Virus record (IMG/VR): IMGVR_UViG_3300025706_000025
Reading direction: 5' to 3' (one strand)
From: an uncultured virus (IMG/VR IMGVR_UViG_3300025706_000025)
Lineage: Duplodnaviria; Heunggongvirae; Uroviricota; Caudoviricetes
DNA length: 64,000 nt
Shown here: positions 53,464 to 61,642 of the stretch, in pieces
Position numbering within the stretch: position 1 is the first letter of the stretch
How the letters are laid out: every line of letters begins with the position of its first letter
Notes under the pieces: generated by a model
Seen by the model: the letters and a program-made list of their open reading frames with translations, nothing else
What the model was told of the DNA's origin: nothing
Database searches by the model: none
Position numbers and translations under genes: made by a program

Positions 53464-56169
53464 TTATGCCGCCATGTGTGAGGTCTCGCCGGCCCCCTCA
53501 GTGAAAGCGCCGAGCTTATCACGCCAGCTCTTCGTTTTCGGTGGCGGCTTCGGTCGGGGTGCTGAGCGGGTAAGCGTCAGGCGCACGCACCACGCCGCCG
53601 CATCGACTTGGTCGTCGTGCTTGCCGGCCGGGAATGTCATCAGCTCACGTACGAACGCGCCGGTCCACGCCTCGTCCTTCTTGATGAACACCTTGTGCAG
53701 CTGCATCCGGCCCTTGAGCGGGTTTGCCCGCACCAGTTTGTCCGTCAGCGGCTGGAGAATCTCGAAGGTGGTGTAGTGCTGGCGCTCAAGGCAGCGCTTC
53801 TCGTACTGCGCCCTGATCGACTTGAAAATCTGCCCGTCCTCGAAGCCCAGCAAGTCTGCGCCCCAGTTGATGCTCTGGTCAATCATGTGCTCGACGATCG
53901 CATTACCGTCGTCGGAGCGGAAGCGCAGGACGTGCAGCACGTAGAGGTTGTCGAACTCATCCTGCCCGATCGTGCAGCAGACCGTGTAGTCGTTGTGGGT
54001 GGCCTCGGTGATCGCGAAGTCCCATGCCTGATAGATGAACATGTTCCGGCGCTGCGGAGCATGCACGTAGTAGTGGATCATCTCCTTGCTGAAGTAGATA
54101 CCGTCGTCAGGCGTCGGGTTCTGCTGGTACAGCGCCTGCCACACCCGCTTCTGGCCGCTGGCCACGAGGTTGCGCTTGATCCGCAGCATCGCCTCGGTGT
54201 CGTAGCGCGCCGGGTGGATCGCCGTGCCGCGCGGCCGGGTGAGCTTCGCGCCTTCCGGGATTGTGGATTCCGGGGCGTACTGCACGATGCTGTCGTCGAG
54301 CAGCAGATACTCGTCGCCCTCGTCGTTGATCGCCGGGTACTTGATCACCTCGAAGACGTCGCCGTCGCCGCTGGCCATCACCTGCTGAATCTTCCCGGCC
54401 CAGTCATCTTCGTTCCACCACGTATTCGAAACGCATAAACCGTTCGCGATGAAATTCGTCGTTCTATCAACCTGAATATCGAAAACCTCCTCCACGCCGT
54501 CCGGCTCTATAGACAGAATTTCACTTAGCGTGAAGTCCGAGGTATCGTGCAGCGGCTCGTGCGACGGGCTCAGTTCTAATATGTCCGATTCCGGCGTTGC
54601 AGTCGTTGCAGAGTAGGCCCCTGACTTTGCCAGTGTCGTGGCAGTGGTCGACTGCGAGGGCGTAGTTCCACACGCTTGGGTTGCGTCGTCCGTCCCCCTT
54701 ACAAATGGCGCAGACACCTCCTTGCTGTTCGAGAAGCGCGTCGTAATCTGCGAGAGTAATCCCGTAGCGATGCTTGAGCCGCGCTTCACGGCGCTTCTCC
54801 CAATCGACAGCGCTCGGGCTACGGTGCCCGTCCGCCCAGCGTTTCTTCCCATAGTGCGAGTCGCATAACCCCCTGCATTTAGCCGGTTTGTCGCACCCTT
54901 CAACAGAACAGGATGTTCCCTTCCACTTTCCCCACTGCCCTTTAAGGTTACGATTCTGTTCGCCGTACTCAAGCTTCTCGCCCTGATCCATTTTAGTTCT
55001 CCGGTCGCGGTTGTCGCCAAAAACGGGTGTCTTCCGTTTGCCCGCACCACTTTACCAGAAATCATCGTGATTTTCAGCACGGAATCAGGCCCGACGCTCT
55101 TTTGCTTGTCCACTCTGGTCGTCGTCAGCTTACCGTTCTCGTAGGTAGCGATCATGTCGTCTCCACGGATGAGCGCAAGTGGTTTTTCCGTGCCGTCCGC
55201 CATCATCACCGGTGTATCGCCAGTCATGCACATGATACCCAGCACACCGCCGCCGGGGGCGAGGCGGGTGTATGCCGTCGAGCCATACCACTCCCACGTG
55301 TTTTCCCGGATCGTCGGGCTGTCCGCGGCCTCGATGTCCTTTACGAGGTCATCAAGCAGAAGGATGTGGGCGCCGCGGCCGGTAATACCGGTGCCGACGC
55401 CGGCCGCCATGTAGCCACCGCCAGACAGCGTGTTCCAGTTTTCAACGCTCTGGCTAGTCGGGTCAAGGCGCATGTCTGGAAAGAGGGCTTGGAAGCTCGG
55501 GTCACGGGTGAGATCACGGATATACCTCGAAAAGGACAGGGTCAGGGACGATGTGTGGCTGGCAGCGATGATTTCCCACTCTGGGTGCTGCCCGAGCACC
55601 CACGGCGGGAAGTGCCTTGATCCTAGCTCGCTCTTTCCAGAGCGCGGGGGCATCATCAGGAGCAGGCGCGGGGACTGGCCCGCCTCAACCTGCTGCATGA
55701 ACCGCTCCAGCCGGCGGCATATGTCCTCATGCACCCACCCGGCCATGTATTTCGGGCGGTAACGCTGCACGAACGGCAAGAAGCGCCGGCGGCACAGCGC
55801 CCGGTGGGCCATTTCCTTCTCCGGGTCTGCCTCTGCTTCCTTCAGATCGAAGGCCGGGGCGGCGTAGGGCAGCTCGAAGGCCTCGTCAAGCGCCTGCTGA
55901 AGGGCGGGATTCGACGCCTTGGGTATCTTCGGGGTGGCTGGCTCTGTCTGGGGTGCCTTCTTGGCTGCGCGAGCGGCGGCGAATGAGTCCGTACCGAGCG
56001 GCCGAACGATGATTTCCGGGTATTTCGAGACTTTGGCCGGTGGTTCAGCGGGTGCCGGGGGCGGTACGCCGGCGTCGACACAGAATGGGCACTGTCCATT
56101 GGCATCCAGCGTCGAGGTTTCGCGCTCTGTCTCACAGGTAGAGCAGGGAGTGAAATCATTCGTCGACAC
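53464..56169 (-). CDS. terL: terminase large subunit with intein
   Basis: MPPRSGKS, ITGRGA.ILLLDD..KD, YQQ.P, WDFA, FPAGKHDDQVDA. Confidence 0.95.
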   Translation of the reverse strand: MSTNDFTPCSTCETERETSTLDANGQCPFCVDAGVPPPAPAEPPAKVSKYPEIIVRPLGTDSFAAARAAKKAPQTEPATPKIPKASNPALQQALDEAFELPYAAPAFDLKEAEADPEKEMAHRALCRRRFLPFVQRYRPKYMAGWVHEDICRRLERFMQQVEAGQSPRLLLMMPPRSGKSELGSRHFPPWVLGQHPEWEIIAASHTSSLTLSFSRYIRDLTRDPSFQALFPDMRLDPTSQSVENWNTLSGGGYMAAGVGTGITGRGAHILLLDDLVKDIEAADSPTIRENTWEWYGSTAYTRLAPGGGVLGIMCMTGDTPVMMADGTEKPLALIRGDDMIATYENGKLTTTRVDKQKSVGPDSVLKITMISGKVVRANGRHPFLATTATGELKWIRARSLSTANRIVTLKGSGESGREHPVLLKGATNRLNAGGYATRTMGRNAGRTGTVARALSIGRSAVKRGSSIATGLLSQITTRFSNSKEVSAPFVRGTDDATQACGTTPSQSTTATTLAKSGAYSATTATPESDILELSPSHEPLHDTSDFTLSEILSIEPDGVEEVFDIQVDRTTNFIANGLCVSNTWWNEDDWAGKIQQVMASGDGDVFEVIKYPAINDEGDEYLLLDDSIVQYAPESTIPEGAKLTRPRGTAIHPARYDTEAMLRIKRNLVASGQKRVWQALYQQNPTPDDGIYFSKEMIHYYVHAPQRRNMFIYQAWDFAITEATHNDYTVCCTIGQDEFDNLYVLHVLRFRSDDGNAIVEHMIDQSINWGADLLGFEDGQIFKSIRAQYEKRCLERQHYTTFEILQPLTDKLVRANPLKGRMQLHKVFIKKDEAWTGAFVRELMTFPAGKHDDQVDAAAWCVRLTLTRSAPRPKPPPKTKSWRDKLGAFTEGAGETSHMAA
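54424..55230 (-). mobile_element. contiguous intein (269 aa) in TerL
   Basis: CMTGDTPV.MADG, NGRHPF, VFDIQV...NFIANG..VSN/T; excision restores GIM-TWWNEDD. Confidence 0.93.
54521..54991 (-). CDS. endonuclease VII-family homing endonuclease nested out of frame within the TerL intein
   Basis: CSVEGC..RGLC..HY, RYGIT, QGGVCAIC, VDHCHDTGKVRGLLCNDCN; GGAG 7 nt upstream of ATG. Confidence 0.9.
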   Translation of the reverse strand: MDQGEKLEYGEQNRNLKGQWGKWKGTSCSVEGCDKPAKCRGLCDSHYGKKRWADGHRSPSAVDWEKRREARLKHRYGITLADYDALLEQQGGVCAICKGDGRRNPSVWNYALAVDHCHDTGKVRGLLCNDCNAGIGHIRTEPVARAAARYLGLHAK

Positions 56170-56665
56170 GGGTGCTCTCTCCCTCTATGGCTGTGACACG
56201 CCCAGCGATGATGTCGAACAGCTCGGCATCCGTCATGGACTCGTATTTCGATTGCAGACGCTTCTGGCTGCCAGAGATTTCCAGTTTCTTGACCTCCGGT
56301 GCATACAAGCCCAGCACTTTCGCCGTCTCGGACCAGCCCTTGATCATGCTGGCCGGGTCTGCTGCCAGCTTGGCCATGTTGATGGCCTCCATGAACCCAT
56401 CGATGACGTCCGCCCGTGTGATCTGAGAGGCGCTGGACAACTCGTCTCGCGCCGCCGTCAGTGCCCGCTGCACGGCGACCGTCTTTTCGACTGCATTTCC
56501 CTGCGCTATCGGTCTTGCATACCCGGCCGCGCGGGCGGCAGCGATATTGTCTTTCCCCAGCATCTTGGCATCCACGAAGGCGGCCTGCTGCTCGGTGAGA
56601 AGAATCGACTTTGGACGTTCCGCCGTGATCGGTTTCTCCTTGGACTTCGGTTTCGCTCTCGCCAC
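56156..56665 (-). CDS. terS: terminase small subunit
   Basis: LT.QQ.AFV...AAARAAGY HTH; directly upstream of TerL. Confidence 0.85.
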   Translation of the reverse strand: MARAKPKSKEKPITAERPKSILLTEQQAAFVDAKMLGKDNIAAARAAGYARPIAQGNAVEKTVAVQRALTAARDELSSASQITRADVIDGFMEAINMAKLAADPASMIKGWSETAKVLGLYAPEVKKLEISGSQKRLQSKYESMTDAELFDIIAGRVTAIEGESTRVDE

Positions 56666-56790
56666 TCGATTACTTCCTGAAAAAATTTCAAAAATTATAC
56701 GAGAGAGTCATTCTAAAAGATAGGGTATGCCACTTGGGTAAAGAATCCACGGGAAAATTTTCAAAAAATATAGCGGTTTGAAAAAAAAAA

Positions 56791-56849
56791 TGAAAAATAT
56801 TGAAACGGCGTGGATTTCGAATTGAAAAATATTGAAACGGCGTGGATTT
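56791..56849. repeat. 27-bp direct repeat (period 32)
   Basis: TGAAAAATATTGAAACGGCGTGGATTT at 56791-56817 and 56823-56849. Confidence 0.85.
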
Positions 56850-56945
56850 ATCCGCGGTAGTGCCCTCCCCCTCCGTCCCAAAACCCGTACCCCACTTCGG
56901 ATTCGGTTTCGGGTTTCTGGGAAAGGAGTCTCTTGACTGGCAGTC

Positions 56946-56985
56946 CGCTCGTCCCTCGCGGACGTCGTGCGTTGTGGTGTGCAGA
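56946..56985 (+). promoter_or_regulatory. 40-bp upstream motif, copy 1
   Basis: CGCTCGTCCCTCGCG-N2-CGTCGT-N6-TGGTGTGCAGA. Confidence 0.65.
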
Positions 56986-57022
56986 GGAAGATTGGCTTCC
57001 TCGTCCATCAAGGAGAAACACC

Positions 57023-57283
57023 ATGACCCGCATCACGAAGAATGAATTGGTTGCCATCAATGCACGTCTGTCCGCCGAGGTTGCCGAGCTGCGTGCGCAA
57101 CTGTCTGCCGCCAAGGTGCAGCGCCACGTCGAGAGCAACGTGCGCCCCACCAAAGAGCACGAGTATGCGACCCGTGAAGAGGCGATCGCCGCGTGCAAGC
57201 GCTTGGCTTCGACCGAGCTGATCAGCCGCGCGAGCATCAGCGTGGTTGGCAACACGGTGATCGTCCGCGCACGCGCACATTGA
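57023..57283 (+). CDS. early hypothetical protein
   Basis: AAGGAG RBS. Confidence 0.7.
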   Translation: MTRITKNELVAINARLSAEVAELRAQLSAAKVQRHVESNVRPTKEHEYATREEAIAACKRLASTELISRASISVVGNTVIVRARAH

Positions 57284-57493
57284 TTAACCAGCAGGAGGGA
57301 CATCTGTCCTTCCTGAACTACTGTCACGGAGAATTACATGACAAATCTTCTCAGGGAAATCCAGTGGGAACAGAGCGGACGCTTCTGCGACCTTGACGAC
57401 ACGTTCTGCTTGCGCATTCACCATGGTGATTGGTGCGAGTGCCAAGCGAACATCACGTTCCTCGCCGGTCTCGGCTACGTCTAGGAGAATCAC

Positions 57494-57721
57494 ATGTCAG
57501 GCATTATCGACAACAACGGTGTGCAATGGGAACACTGCACGGTATGCGGCACCATGGTGCGGCTAGACGATCTCGGTTACGAGCCACCGAGCGAGCAACA
57601 CAAGCACGGGCGTGACATCTGTCTTTCGTGCACCAATCAGCACGACGACATAGAGTCAATCGTTCCTGCTCACAGGTGGGTCGCTCAATACGAAGGAGAA
57701 TCACATGACACGGCGTTCTGA
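57494..57721 (+). CDS. small zinc-finger-like protein
   Basis: CxxC...CxxC; AGGAG RBS. Confidence 0.65.
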   Translation: MSGIIDNNGVQWEHCTVCGTMVRLDDLGYEPPSEQHKHGRDICLSCTNQHDDIESIVPAHRWVAQYEGESHDTAF

Positions 57722-57981
57722 TTTCTCGCCTTACTCCAAACTGATGTTCCAGTTGTTTGGCAGTCCGCTTGGCGTCGCTGCCGAACTCAACGTCTTCGTC
57801 GATGACTACGGCGACTACGTTGTTACTTCGCACACCACATGGTGGTATTGAGCACATGACGCTGACATGTGTCCGTCGATGATTTTGTGCATCGCGAAAC
57901 ATGACGCTGACATGCATGTCGGCGTCATTTTCATGCTATGACAGATTCATTATGACAAACAAATATGGAACAATGTTCCGA

Positions 57982-58121
57982 GTTTCAAAACTTCAGCGGC
58001 AGAACAATATTTACTTATTCTCTACCTTTCTTTTATTATTTTATGTAATTGAAAGTAGTAGTAGTAGTTATAAATAATAAAGAGAGTAATAAATACAAGC
58101 ACTTAGCGTGTCTTTTGTTCC
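57982..58121. repeat. AT-rich element, inverted homologue of 19223-19360
   Basis: ACAAGCACTTAGCG (58095-58108) is the reverse complement of 19236-19249; similarity continues. Confidence 0.7.
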
Positions 58122-58198
58122 GTATCTTAGTCACTTTTCGACCCTCAAAAACGGCTCGGAGACTGCCTATTATTTAAGCACACCTCGGCCGTCGCAAT

Positions 58199-58242
58199 GT
58201 TAGTGGTCACTAACAAGTGGAACAAGGTTAGTGGTCACTAAC
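58199..58242. promoter_or_regulatory. two identical palindromic operator-like sites
   Basis: GTTAGTGGTCACTAAC at 58199-58214 and 58227-58242. Confidence 0.7.
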
Positions 58243-58267
58243 TTGAGAATTATTACATCGTCATGCA

Positions 58268-58307
58268 CGCTCGTCCCTCGCGTGCGTCGTATTTATTGGT
58301 GTGCAGA
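58268..58307 (+). promoter_or_regulatory. 40-bp upstream motif, copy 2
   Basis: same motif and spacing as 56946-56985. Confidence 0.65.
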
Positions 58308-58336
58308 TAATACGTCTGCATATCTAGGAGAATCAC

Positions 58337-58606
58337 ATGCCTGTCCTTAAATCCATTCTTTCCCCTGTGTTGGGTGTTGCTGTTATCTCTGGCCGTGGCC
58401 TCAAGAGCACGCTTGCTAGTACGCCAGCCAAGTTGAAATACCGTGTGCCACGCGCTGCTCGTTTTGTGACACGTGGTGTTGCTATGGTTGCGGGCGGCGT
58501 GGTTGGTATCACCGTTGCACCTTTGATTGAAGTTGTCATTGGCGCTACCGTCGGTATGCGTCTCGCTGAAATCACCGTTGATCATTTTCTTCCTGTTGGA
58601 GAATAA
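58337..58606 (+). CDS. hypothetical membrane-associated protein
   Basis: AGGAG RBS, hydrophobic C-half. Confidence 0.65.
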   Translation: MPVLKSILSPVLGVAVISGRGLKSTLASTPAKLKYRVPRAARFVTRGVAMVAGGVVGITVAPLIEVVIGATVGMRLAEITVDHFLPVGE

Positions 58607-58608
58607 CC

Positions 58609-58896
58609 ATGTCCGTCATGCTTAGTTCGGTACTCGTCTTTGGCTTGCTCACAGCGGCTGTTGAATTCATGCTGCTGTATAAGTTCATGCCGCTTCGTTG
58701 GCTTACCAAAAAGCCTGTTCAAGCTGTGCTGCACATCGGTGTAGCTGCTCTCAATTTGGCCATCCATTGGGGAACGATCGTCGGCACGATGACAGCAATC
58801 ACAGCTTTGTTCGTCAGCTTCGTTACCGTGCCTGCTGTCATTGCTTCATTGACTTTCGTCTATACGTGGAAGCATTCGAATGAAACCACATCTTGA
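58609..58896 (+). CDS. hypothetical membrane protein
   Basis: GGAG RBS, about 3 TM segments. Confidence 0.65.
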   Translation: MSVMLSSVLVFGLLTAAVEFMLLYKFMPLRWLTKKPVQAVLHIGVAALNLAIHWGTIVGTMTAITALFVSFVTVPAVIASLTFVYTWKHSNETTS

Positions 58897-58962
58897 AGAC
58901 GCTGTTATATATCTCGTCATCTTGATTGGCATCATTTACCTGCTTTCTACTTAGGAGTTGAA

Positions 58963-59154
58963 ATGGCACGTCCAGTTGATTTCGAACGATCTGTCGACGC
59001 TGTTCCCTTTGAATGGCTTGGCAGTACAGAGTACGACCCGTTGCATATTCTCTTGCAGCGGGAGCTAGACCGGAGTGATGACCCGGAGCAAGACAACGTC
59101 ATCTATTTCTTGGGCAATTCGCCCGTAACCAAGCGTCATCAATCTTCAAACTGA
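58963..59154 (+). CDS. hypothetical protein
   Basis: AGGAG RBS. Confidence 0.6.
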   Translation: MARPVDFERSVDAVPFEWLGSTEYDPLHILLQRELDRSDDPEQDNVIYFLGNSPVTKRHQSSN

Positions 59155-59169
59155 ACTAGGAGTAATACC

Positions 59170-60078
59170 ATGAACCTCAAGCACATCGTCAGCCAACTCG
59201 GTTTTCTCAATGAAGCCGCCATTCGTCGCGTGATCAATAGCTGCATCTATCCGTTGCGCCGTTACACACTGATCGAAATCACCAAAGAAGAGCCGAACAT
59301 CGCCGCCATCAAGACGTGCCGTACGTTGGAAGCAATCATCGCAGAGCACGACCCGGCACACGTGCATACGCTGGATTCCACCGCTCTCTTTGTGTTCAAT
59401 GCACAAGAAGATGAACGGCCGGAAGCAGAGCGCAAGCAACGTGCTCGTCAAGCGTTGATCCGTGAAGTTGCTGACGGCCGCGCACAACCGCCTCGGTCAA
59501 AAGCCGAGCTGGACAAGCGGATTGAAGCTGTCATGCACAAGCAGATGGAGGATATCACCGTCAATTTCGGCAAGGCAGCAAAGGCCGTCGGCGATCTCGA
59601 GTCTTTGGGTTATGCCCATACGCACGAAGAGATCGACAACGAGAATGGAATGGGTACTCGTCTCGAGTTTGAACTCACTAACGAATACGACCAGCATGAA
59701 ATCCCTGAATACGTGCAGGATGCCGTGATCAGTAAAATCGTTGATGCCGCTATCCGTGTGTATTCGGACGGCGTGCGGCAAATGGCCCGTGCACGTGTTG
59801 GTTTTCAAGAAGCCGAAGCAGCTGCAATGAAACAATCTGCGGTACTGCTCGCCGGTGCATTAGGCGTTAGCGAGGAAGAACTCGAGCTGGCAGTAACCAA
59901 GCAGACAACGCGCGTTGAAAACCTCTTTGCCAGTCTGGAAGGCGAGGCAGAAACGACGCTTGACAATCCGCCGGGCGAAGCAACTCCGGCAGAGAAAGCC
60001 AAACGGTATCGCGTAGCCAAGTCGATGGAGCAAGGTATCAGCTCTGCGGATATGGCTGCAGCCGGCGGCGTCAAGTAA
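59170..60078 (+). CDS. hypothetical protein (302 aa)
   Basis: AGGAG RBS, long ORF. Confidence 0.75.
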   Translation: MNLKHIVSQLGFLNEAAIRRVINSCIYPLRRYTLIEITKEEPNIAAIKTCRTLEAIIAEHDPAHVHTLDSTALFVFNAQEDERPEAERKQRARQALIREVADGRAQPPRSKAELDKRIEAVMHKQMEDITVNFGKAAKAVGDLESLGYAHTHEEIDNENGMGTRLEFELTNEYDQHEIPEYVQDAVISKIVDAAIRVYSDGVRQMARARVGFQEAEAAAMKQSAVLLAGALGVSEEELELAVTKQTTRVENLFASLEGEAETTLDNPPGEATPAEKAKRYRVAKSMEQGISSADMAAAGGVK

Positions 60079-60088
60079 CAAGCAGTTG

Positions 60089-60124
60089 AACCAGTGGCGA
60101 GTGATCGTCACTGGTTTATCTTTT
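60089..60124 (+). terminator. rho-independent terminator
   Basis: 12-bp stem, GTGA loop, TATCTTTT tail. Confidence 0.65.
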
Positions 60125-60161
60125 CAAAGCCGGAATTTCATGGCACTACAAAGGAGTAAGC

Positions 60162-60359
60162 ATGGCCACAGTTGATAAAGAAATTGCCGATCGTATTGTC
60201 GCCGGGGAATTCCCGGAAGACGACGCTCGCAAGATCGTCGAGTACGACAATGCTTTCGGCGGTGTCGGGTACGGTGTGATCTTCGGCGACGACGATCCGG
60301 ACCGGTACCGTGAAACGATGTTCGTTCGTAATCCCCGGTTGTACTGGGAGAAAAAGTAA
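60162..60359 (+). CDS. hypothetical protein
   Basis: AAGGAG RBS. Confidence 0.65.
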   Translation: MATVDKEIADRIVAGEFPEDDARKIVEYDNAFGGVGYGVIFGDDDPDRYRETMFVRNPRLYWEKK

Positions 60360-60771
60360 GCTCCAGCGTGGCCTCGTGTGCTTAATCACGAGACTGGTTA
60401 GCCCGTTCTTGGGGGCAGATCAATGCCTGCTAATATGCACTTCGAAAGGAGAACGATGAACCGATTATGAACGGGAGCTGATGGCTCCCCATCTCACATC
60501 ATCAAAAATAAATTCTCACTCCGCTGCTTCTTCTTGCCTCTAGCCTTGCTCCAATACGCGAGCACTGATGTGCGCAGAAGGCGGCATAGCGTTTTTACGC
60601 AGAGAGTTTCCGACGAGCATAGTCGTCGGTAAGCGTAGCCTCGTGCGCTTAATCACGAGGCATACGCAAGGACGCAGCAACACTTTGATCGGTGGTTCTG
60701 GAAAACATTTGGTTTTTTCCTTAACGCTGCGTCCTTCCGTATTTCAATCTTTTTACCCAAAGGAGCATCAC

Positions 60772-61458
60772 ATGAAACAGAAAGAACTGCTGCGTCCGTT
60801 CGACCACGCTCTTGCTGACGCCGGCGAGCCGATTTGCTGGAGTCATCTCGATACTCCGGTTGAATATGTCGGCATTCTGGTTAACGGTCTTGTCGCTGTG
60901 AAGACGCACTTGTTTCCCATCATTGAAATGCCGTCGGCTTCTGCTTTGCGCATGCTGCCGTTGTTCTGGCTCGAAGACAAACCAGTTTACAAAGGCGACA
61001 GACTTTGGCACACCTTGGTAAACGGTTACATCGTTGTTACTGGTTTGCAAAACACGTTGGACGCTGCTGAAAAAGGCTGGTTCACTACTTCCAATGCATT
61101 CTATGCAGCTTCGCTTTGCAAGTGGGAAAAGCCCGAACCGACTCCGCTTTTCATGCTCGATGACAAGCCCGTGTTCCCCGGCACTCGCGTGTGGCACGTT
61201 CTTGAAAACGGTTTCATCACGCTCAAAGAAAGAGCCAGCAATGGTGATTTCCTCGATACCAACAACGTTGGCCGGTCGCCAGCTTTCATGCGTTGGGAAG
61301 GCAAGCAGAAACACGTGAAGTTCGCGAACGTGTATTCCGATGGCAGTGGTGTCTGTTTCGGCTACGGATATGATATGGAGCAAATCGCCCATGAAAATCG
61401 ATCGCGCAACACACTCGCTATTGCTCGTGTCGAATGGGAAACTCCCATCAAGGCGTAA
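60772..61458 (+). CDS. hypothetical protein with duplicated PLF.L.DKPV..G.R.WH module
   Basis: AAGGAG RBS before ATG 60772; internal repeat. Confidence 0.7.
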   Translation: MKQKELLRPFDHALADAGEPICWSHLDTPVEYVGILVNGLVAVKTHLFPIIEMPSASALRMLPLFWLEDKPVYKGDRLWHTLVNGYIVVTGLQNTLDAAEKGWFTTSNAFYAASLCKWEKPEPTPLFMLDDKPVFPGTRVWHVLENGFITLKERASNGDFLDTNNVGRSPAFMRWEGKQKHVKFANVYSDGSGVCFGYGYDMEQIAHENRSRNTLAIARVEWETPIKA

Positions 61459-61460
61459 TC

Positions 61461-61631
61461 ATGGGCGAAGCCAAGCGACGCGGCTCTTTTGAAGAGCGAC
61501 GGGCGCAGGCTGAGCAACAAGCCGTAGCTCCGCCCCTTCGCCCCAGACAACCGGGCAAGTCACGCCTATCTGCGTTGCTGCTCGCAGCGTTGGCAGCAGG
61601 CGCTGGCATGTCTTCTACTTCCAAGAAATAA
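61461..61631 (+). CDS. small MGEAKRRG-type protein
   Basis: N-terminal MGEAKRRG, hydrophobic C-terminus. Confidence 0.55.
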   Translation: MGEAKRRGSFEERRAQAEQQAVAPPLRPRQPGKSRLSALLLAALAAGAGMSSTSKK

Positions 61632-61642
61632 GGAGCAATACC

